Assembly: GCA_951406725.2 (NCBI GenBank)
Contig: OX597821.1
Coordinates: forward strand, 110,670,001-110,734,000
Direction of reading: 5' to 3'
From: Octopus vulgaris
Lineage: Eukaryota
DNA: 64,000 nt
Every line of letters starts with the position of its first letter. Positions within the stretch are counted from its first letter, which is position 1. The notes below the pieces were generated by a model that saw only the letters and a program-made list of their open reading frames with translations, was not told where the DNA came from and searched no databases. Shown piece by piece: positions 55,415-64,000 of this stretch. Made by a program: the position numbers and the translations under genes.

Positions 55415-55491
55415 TCCTACTGACGAACCTTGCCTTAGCAAATATATTCTGTCTGTTTGCTAGAAAGAGGTAGAAACTGATCAGTCTGGGA
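55415..55491 (+). ncRNA. Type I hammerhead ribozyme motif
   Basis: TCCTA-CTGACGA-ACCT..TAGCAAA..TTTGCTA..AGGT-A-GAAAC-TGATCA-GTC-TGGGA. Confidence 0.72.
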
Positions 55492-55690
55492 TATATCTGT
55501 AATGGTAAATGTTTTTGATTTTCATTCCTTCCTTGAATTTATCCCTTTTTGTGTCTCTAGCACTACGCTTCCTTATTTGGAAGCCTTTTATTATATTTCT
55601 ATATGAATAATATATTGTCTAATGGCTAATTCGTCTTTTGTGCTAGGCCACTGGTAATAATAATTCATGTTATTACCCTATTTGATTATA

Positions 55691-56131
<441 letters not shown>

Positions 56132-56208
56132 GTGAAATTTGATTTAGTATTTCTAAATTGAACTTTTTTCCCTGTAAAGTTTGGATTTATATTCCCTCAA
56201 ATAATTAT

Positions 56209-56239
<31 letters not shown>

Positions 56240-57038
56240 ATGTGTGTGTGTGTGTGTGTGCGGGGTGGAGAAGGTGTTGCGACGCACTGAATGGTGCCAG
56301 GTGCTGAAGCTCGTAGTTGCTGTCATTGAAGAGAATCCGAAAACAACAGAAACAATACGAGAAAGTACATAAGAGGATTCACTCTTCCGTTGCATCAAGG
56401 AGATTCACCTGCAGCGGATGTCATCGCTGTTGTAGATCAATAACAGGCCTTGTGGCTCTCATGCGAGCCTTCCAGAGGTGATCAATGAACAAGAACGGTC
56501 AACGTCGACCTACGATGGACAGCCGACTTCCTACGCAACCGCTGAGCCTGGATGCACATTCATCCATCCGTCGATTCTCTCGGTGTCGGGGGTTGACCTG
56601 CTTTCTCTTCTGCGGATCTTACGAATAGCAAAGGACCACGTTTCGGACTTCTCCCACTACTGGGACGAAGACCGCTTCGCTCAACAGCCAAATGATGACA
56701 GAGATAACGCTCAGGAACAAAATGATTACAGAAGCTTAATATGAGCAAGAACTTTGTTCGTATGAATCGATGTTTTAACAGATTTTGGTCGGAATAAAAG
56801 ACCAGATAGACACAAAATAACGATTCGTTGTTAGAACAGATATAAAAATGGGCGAAATAAGAGAAAAGTTAGTATCGAGAGCTGATCATGGTTTTGGTTG
56901 AAAGACTAAAAAAAAGTTAAAAAAAGAAAACATCAATAATTGAATAATTAATTAGTATCTTGTGTATCATATGCGGCATGTAACTACCACTAAAACCAAT
57001 AACAAAAGATCATTGAACTTGGTGTGTATATGTGTATG

Positions 57039-57096
<58 letters not shown>

Positions 57097-57100
<4 letters not shown>

Positions 57101-57270
57101 GAATTTGCAAAAAACAAAAGACGAAGACGGGTGTGTAAACAACGAACAGATGTATTAGTTTAATGTTTGGGAAGAGAGAAAGTCGTTTACGTTTCGAGCC
57201 TAAGCTCTTCTACAGAAAAGAACACACGAATAAACAGGGAGAGAAAACAGAAAAAGGTTTAGTGGCAAGT
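57097..57270 (-). mobile_element. pLTR-like repeat with minimal hammerhead-like motif
   Basis: Minus strand CTGTAGA-A-GAGC-TTAG-GCTC-GAAACGTA. Same layout as 8648-8840. Abuts (TA)n. Confidence 0.55.
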
Positions 57271-57495
57271 GACCCAAAAAGTAAGTTTACAGTTATCACA
57301 TAGGCACCTTAAATTTCTTTTAAAGCATTTCATCACATTTAAATTTCTATCTTATAAACAGAAAAGGGAGCTTGACAAAATTAACTAAATTAGCATAGAA
57401 TAATGGTTTCATATTTTATATAATTAAGATCTAAACTGTTAATATATGATGCGGAAGAGATGGTTGAATAACTATAAACTTACTTTTTAGCTACC

Positions 57496-57701
<206 letters not shown>

Positions 57702-58029
57702 TTAGATATAGAGAGAGAGAGATGCATGTATGCATATATATATGTGTGTGTGTATATATATGTATATTTATGCATATATATATATAATGATGTTTGCATA
57801 TATTTATATATGTATGTATATATGTATACATACGTGCACATAAATTATCTTTTACTTGTTTCAGTGACGAGACTGCGGCCATTCAGGGGCACGGCCTTAT
57901 ACAATTTTTTACGGGGACGTAAACAAACCAGCATGGTTGCTAAGCGATGTAGAGGGGAATAAACACAGACAAAAAGACACACACACACACATACACAAGC
58001 TTATATATGTTTAAATATACTTCACGATA

Positions 58030-58179
58030 TTCTCTTTTTACTCTTTTACTTGTTTCAGTCATTTGACTGCGGCCATGCTGGAGCACCGCCTTTAGTCGAG
58101 CAAATCGACCCTGGGACTTATTCTTTGTAAGCCCAGTACTTATTCTATCGGTCTTTTTTGCCGAACCGCTAAGTAACCG

Positions 58180-58218
<39 letters not shown>

Positions 58219-58270
58219 CACACACACACACATGTATATATATACACGCACACATACATATATACACACG

Positions 58271-58304
<34 letters not shown>

Positions 58305-58460
58305 ACGGGCTTCTTTCAGTTTCCCTCTAACAAATCCATTTCACAAGGCTTTGGTCGTTTTGAGCTATTGTAGGAGACACATGCCCGAGGTGCCACGCAA
58401 TCGGCCTGAATCTGGACCCATGTGCCTAGGAAGTAAACTTTCAACCATACAGCCATGCTT
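58030..58460 (-). mobile_element. Family A SINE
   Basis: Tail 58030-58180 is near consensus; head 58300-58460 is diverged. Confidence 0.85.
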
Positions 58461-58501
58461 GTTATATATGTGTGTGTGTGTATGTATGTATGCATGCATG
58501 C

Positions 58502-58532
<31 letters not shown>

Positions 58533-59459
58533 AGAGAGAATGTCAGTAGGGGAGTGAGTGTGCGAGCGAGCGTGTGTGTGTGTGGGGGGGGGGAATCAAT
58601 AAAAATATGATGCGATTGCCGAAACGTCTTGACTAGCGTTTAGTGATTTTGGTTGCCGTGGCTGTTTGTACGAATCAATAAGGAGGTGGTGGGTGTGGTG
58701 GTGGTGGTGGTGGGTGTGGTGGTGGTGGTGGTGGTGGGTGTATTTGTTTTACGTGTATGGATGTGAGTGTGTGTCCTAGGTTTTGACATTGAAACAGGAG
58801 CAGCACGTGTGAAGGGAAAATAACAGATAAAACTGAGGAGAAGAAGAAAAAGAAGAAGAAGAAGAATATGAAGAAGGAAGAGGGGGAGATGGAGGAGAAT
58901 ATGGAGGAAGAGGAGGAGGAGAAGAATAAGAAGAAGGGGAGGAGAATATGGAGGAAGAGGAGGGGGAGGGGAGGGAGGAGAATATGGAAGAAGAGGAGGA
59001 GGGGAGGGGAGGGAGGAGAATATGGAAGAAGAGAAGGAGGAGGAGGAGGAGGAGGAGGAGGAGGAGGAAGAGAGGAGAGTGAGAAGAAGGAGAAGAAGAA
59101 GAAGAAGAAGAAGAAGAAGAAGAGCAGCAACAACAACGACCACGACCACGACAACACCAACTGTACTTGGTATCCTGGAAGCTTCGGAGGCAATACCAAA
59201 AGTCTCTCTTAAGCAGCAGAGTCAAATACCAGGAAACTAAAGTATTAGAACTGCAAAACAAAACTATTCCTCTCCTGGCTGCTGGCTACAACCCAAGACA
59301 AATATTATCAGGCTGATAATGCCTGATTCTCTCAGAACTGTTTCAAAACGGAAATATTACAAATTTAACACCAGTTTGGTGCTCAGATTCTAAGAACCTT
59401 TCTATGCGGTCTCTGGTCAAAACTTGGAACAGTTTGTACAACACAGAGCAACAACAATG

Positions 59460-59750
59460 TAAATAATAGTGTTTGTCTTCCCAGTAGTTCATTTAAGGGC
59501 AATCGGAGCACTGACAACCAGGTTCGAGAAATATGTCAGAGAAATCGGAATTGACGTGAGAGCAGGGCAAGCCCAAAGGACTGCTCTGCTGGGGACTGCT
59601 AGGATTTTGAGATTGGTACTTGGATGTTGAATGCCACCTACGATAATTAACAGCCAACTATCAAAGCTTATAATGTGCAGAAACCTATGAAACCCATGAC
59701 AACAGGCTACTGTCTACTCCCACAGAATCAACCAGAGCAAACAAGACCGA

Positions 59751-59751
<1 letters not shown>
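59460..59751 (+). mobile_element. R4/Dong-like 3' end (subfamily 1)
   Basis: AQRTALLGTARILRLVLGC* plus UTR, then (TAA)n. Confidence 0.75.
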
Positions 59752-59814
<63 letters not shown>

Positions 59815-59832
59815 TGATGATTAATAATAATG

Positions 59833-59900
<68 letters not shown>

Positions 59901-59904
59901 TATA

Positions 59905-60712
59905 GGTTTCATATTAGCTGCTCAAGACCAAAGCTTATTAACCCGGAACTACCAAGCCAATGTGATAAAAAATGGAGCTGACCCAAAATGCCGATTCTGT
60001 AACGATGAGATTGAAACAATAGACCACCTAATCTCAGGGTGTAGAGTCTTATCCCCTGTAGAATATAAAGCAAGATATGACAGAGTCGGCCAGTATTTAC
60101 ATTGGACAATATGCCGGCATTATAAAATCAATACCGCTGACAAATGATCCTGAAGCTGTGACTGAGGGAGAAAATGTGTCGATTCTATGGGACTTCCCCG
60201 TACAGACCGACAAAACTATAAAAGCTAATAAACCGGATTTTATTATAAAAGATCAGACAAAAAAGATGTGTTTATTAATTGACATGAGTATTCCTTGCGA
60301 TCAAAATATAGCGGCGAAAGAATTTGACAAGATTAGTAAATATAAAGACTTGCTGATAGAAATTGAAAAAATGTGGCATCTCAAGGCGACTACAGTACCA
60401 GTGATTGTAGGATCTCTAGGAATGATAAAAAAAAGGTACTGAAACATATTTGAAAATGATTCCAGGCTTACCATCCCTACTGGAAGTGCAAAAAATCGTA
60501 TTAACTGGAACGGCTCATGTACTGAGAAGAGCATTATCGGTGTGAAAATAACATCCATCCATGAATTTATTTATTTATTAATTTTTTAAATACATATTTC
60601 GTCTGTGAATTTGCACGTGTAATCTGAGAATGCATACAATGAGCTTCTCTGCCCTAGGTGTTTGGAAAACACTCGGCGAGAAACGGAAGAAAATTTGAAG
60701 AAAGAAGAAAAA
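59905..60712 (+). mobile_element. R4/Dong-like RLE retrotransposon, 5'-truncated (subfamily 2)
   Basis: AAQDQSL, CCHC knuckle CRFC..ETIDHLISGC, KPD..LLID (PD-D endonuclease), KISKYKDL. (TAA)n flanks. Confidence 0.92.
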
Positions 60713-60800
<88 letters not shown>

Positions 60801-60803
<3 letters not shown>

Positions 60804-61299
60804 CCAGAAAAGGTCACAGAAAACGAAAAAGCAACCATACTCTGGGATATGCCGATACACACATATAGAGAAATTAAGGCCAACAGACCAGATATAGTTG
60901 TCAGAGATCATGAAGGAAAAAAATGCTTTCTAATTGATGTATCAATACCGGCAGATGACAACGTGTCTCTAAAAGAAATGGAGAAACTTTCTAAATACAA
61001 AGACCTGGAAATGGAGGTAACCAGAATGTGGAATCTAAAAACAGAAACAATTCCTATCATAGTAGGTGCATTAGGCATGATAAAAAAATATTCAGACAAA
61101 TACATAACAAAAACACCAGGACTTACAAACACATATAACATACAGAAAATTGCACTACTAGGCACTGCACACATCCTACGCAGAACACTTTCCATACAAT
61201 AACCATCAGAGCATCACAACAAATCACAGCACATACCCAAGGCACACAGAGCTGCGCTCGGTAGTGAAGTGAAAGCACGCTATAAAAATAAAACTACTA
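60801..61299 (+). mobile_element. R4/Dong-like RLE retrotransposon, 5'-truncated (subfamily 3)
   Basis: ILWDMPIHT..NRPDIVV..FLIDVS..KLSKYKDL..QKIALLGTAHILRRTLSIQ*, open frame. (TAA)n flanks. Confidence 0.93.
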
Positions 61300-61330
<31 letters not shown>

Positions 61331-61499
61331 TTTATAGGATTGAGGTAACACCTCCAGAAGATATAGAAGCAAATAAAAGCGATAAGAGTGCCATTGTCAT
61401 CAAGTGAACGACATCTTGTGTGTCTTCCACGGGTTCAAAAAAATTTTTATAATAATAATAATAATAATAATGATAATAATAGTAATAATAATGATAATA

Positions 61500-61551
<52 letters not shown>

Positions 61552-61577
61552 TAATAATAGTAATAATAATGATAATA

Positions 61578-61635
<58 letters not shown>

Positions 61636-61767
61636 TAATAATAATAATAATAGATAAGTAAATAGAAGAAACGTCAATAAATAAGAGATCGGGTTTCGGC
61701 AATACACGTATACACACACACACACTGAGAAACATACACACACACTAACACACACACACACACACAT

Positions 61768-61843
<76 letters not shown>

Positions 61844-62341
61844 CAGGTGAAATGAAATCAAATAAACACAAGATTCCACAAGAGATTTTAATTCCAAATT
61901 TTATCCCGAATGTCTTAACTAAATCCACTATCTGTTTGCACTAAAAATTCTATTTGATCTACATTCTCTGTAAACAGCATTCAAGTCAACTATAAATAGA
62001 AAAATTGATTGGTTTTAATGCTACTCGCTTTTATAACTCTTTCGTTCTTTATTTCCATTCCCTCACCATTCCCTTCGATAATTTTGCAGGTATCACTTAA
62101 AAGTTTGCATTATAGAAACTAAAGCAAGAGGTGGTAATCTTATTCCGTCAACGTGGAATACTATTCAGTTCGTATGTGTGTTTATATTCTTTTATTCTGT
62201 TATTCTTGTACCGGACTCAGTCATTGGACTTGCAGCCATATTGGAAAAGTGTCTTGAAGTGTTTAGTCAAATAAATTGATCCCAATGTTTGTTTGTCGTT
62301 TTTCTTTCCTTTTTTTTTGTCTTTTATTGACGTGTACTATT

Positions 62342-62562
62342 CACGAGTGTGTGGTGAAAAGTTCCTGGCTTTGAGTAAAAGAAAATACAGGAGGATCAGT
62401 TAATTATGATTTTATTCAACATATTCCTCACTCAAATTCACAACTTGCTTCAGCGGGCCTTCAGATTTTCTGAGTCCTGATAAAAGAAATTGGAATGTTG
62501 GACATTCAACCAGGCTTTTCGTGACACTCTTAAAGCCAAGAACTTTTCGGCAACCCTTTGTA
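62342..62562 (-). mobile_element. Mariner-derived MITE
   Basis: Imperfect TIRs GAAAAGTTCCTGGCTTT / AAAGCCAAGAACTTTTC. Related to 16288-16465. Confidence 0.75.
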
Positions 62563-62750
62563 GTGTATCGGTTTCTTATGCTGAACTGGTAAGATACGGG
62601 GTCATAAACAAACCAACACCGTTGTCAAGCGGTGCAGAGACAAACGCAAAGATACGCACGCACATGTGCACTTACTGTTTGAAAGATAATAATTTCATTA
62701 TTGAAGAATGGACTGAACAACACAGAAAGAGTCACGTGGGATGGAAGGTA

Positions 62751-63166
62751 GATCTTTTCGGTTTGACCGGCAGTTTTTTCTAGCGGTGTCATATGAAATT
62801 GTTACCCATAATTATGACCCTAGAATCGATCTATTGCATTTCAATCTGTTTTAGGGTTAGGGTTAGAGTTAGGGTTAGAGGTGGGGGGAAGGGTATCTTT
62901 TTTTCTTCAGAAATGTAAATAAACCCAATCTGTTTCTTAAACGAGAGACATATTCATACAGCACAGAATGTTTTCACCTCAATAGACGTCATTGATTGGT
63001 TGAAATTGCAGAAAAAATAATAAATATCTTACAAACTATAGAATTTTCTCAATAAGGCCAAGAGAAAAAGATGTTTTATAAACACATTCTACCAGTATAC
63101 GAAGTTTAAAAGTGTTTAGTTACGTGGAAATTGTTTTAAAAAACTGCCGGTCAAACCGAAAAGATC
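62751..63166. mobile_element. MITE with perfect 29-bp TIRs and internal telomere-like repeats
   Basis: GATCTTTTCGGTTTGACCGGCAGTTTTTT (62751-62779) and its reverse complement (63138-63166). TTAG(G/A)G x5 at 62851-62880. Confidence 0.9.
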
Positions 63167-63234
63167 CTAGAGGGTCACTGAAGAGGTCAGAGGCTGTGTG
63201 CAGCAAGTGTACAACTGCAAAAAAGGATTATTAT

Positions 63235-63410
63235 TAAGCGCGGCGAACTGGCAGAATCGTAAGAGCGTAGTGAAAAAAATACGCTTTACGGTATTTTTAT
63301 GTACTGAGTTCGAATCCCACCGAGGTTGACTTTGCTTTCATCTTGCTGAGATCGATGAAACTAAGCAGCGGTTTAATACTGCAGTTGACTAACTGTCCAC
63401 CCTTCAAAAA
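63235..63410 (+). mobile_element. Family B SINE, diverged
   Basis: GGCGAACTGGCAGAATCG..GAGTTCGAATCCC..GACTTTGCTTTCATC. Confidence 0.75.
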
Positions 63411-64000
63411 TTTCTTAAATCAGAAATCATTACTTTTAATAATATATTATGAGAAGCATAATTATTGTTTCTTATTTAGGTCCAAAGCCTATAAATTTTT
63501 CGTGGAGGGAGCCAGTAGATGTTATAGCTCCCAGCACTTATTTGCGGCTTTATTTTCTCTGTCCCCGGGATGGAGGTGGGGGAATGGCGTAGGTGACCAC
63601 AGTGGGATACAAAAATCAGAATACGAAGAACAAATGCCGCACCGCATTTTGTACGAGCCGCTAGGGGGTAATGCGAATCTACTACAGCAAAATTATAACA
63701 ATGTGGGGAGGATGTGAAGAGAGTGTGGGAGGATGGGTTGGGCGGGAGGGGAGGAGAGGAGATTGGAGGAGGAGGAGAACGAGGAGGAAGAGGAGGAGGA
63801 GGAAGAGAAGAGGAGAAGGAGGGGAGAAAGTAGGAGGAAGAGAAGAGGAGAAGGAGGAGAGAAAGTAGGAGGAGGAGGAGGAGATTAGTGAAGATTGGAA
63901 GAGGTTGGAGGGGATTGGAGGAGGTTGGGGGAGATTGGAGGCGGATGAGATTGGAGGAAGAGAAGGAAAGATTTCGGCCATTTACGGTCGTTGTTAATAT

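Noticed and set aside
56270-56740. Possible exon or MULE-like transposase tail
   Set aside because: Only a vague resemblance, with stops in all frames; not supportable by eye.

Overview
AT-rich animal DNA with no recognisable host protein-coding gene. It is almost entirely (TA)n/(CA)n/(TAA)n/(ATC)n/(GGT)n microsatellites plus decayed mobile elements. The SINE set and microsatellite load point to an octopus (cephalopod) intron or intergenic region, which is an inference. Recognisable elements are CR1-group LINEs sitting in (TA)n, R4/Dong-type RLE retrotransposon 3' ends stacked in (TAA)n, Penelope-like GIY-YIG remnants, a Ty3/gypsy remnant with LTR and PBS, L1/Tx1 and RTE fragments, mariner/Tc1 remnants, MITEs, a tRNA-His pseudogene and dozens of tRNA-derived SINEs. 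The most interesting signals are several type I hammerhead-ribozyme motifs (two near-complete), a combinatorial head-by-tail SINE system, SINE 3' tails that match LINE 3' ends in this same window, a recurrent SINE-into-SINE junction, and two long palindromes. Nearly all ORFs in the supplied track are microsatellite artefacts. Coordinates were counted by eye and may be off by a few bases.
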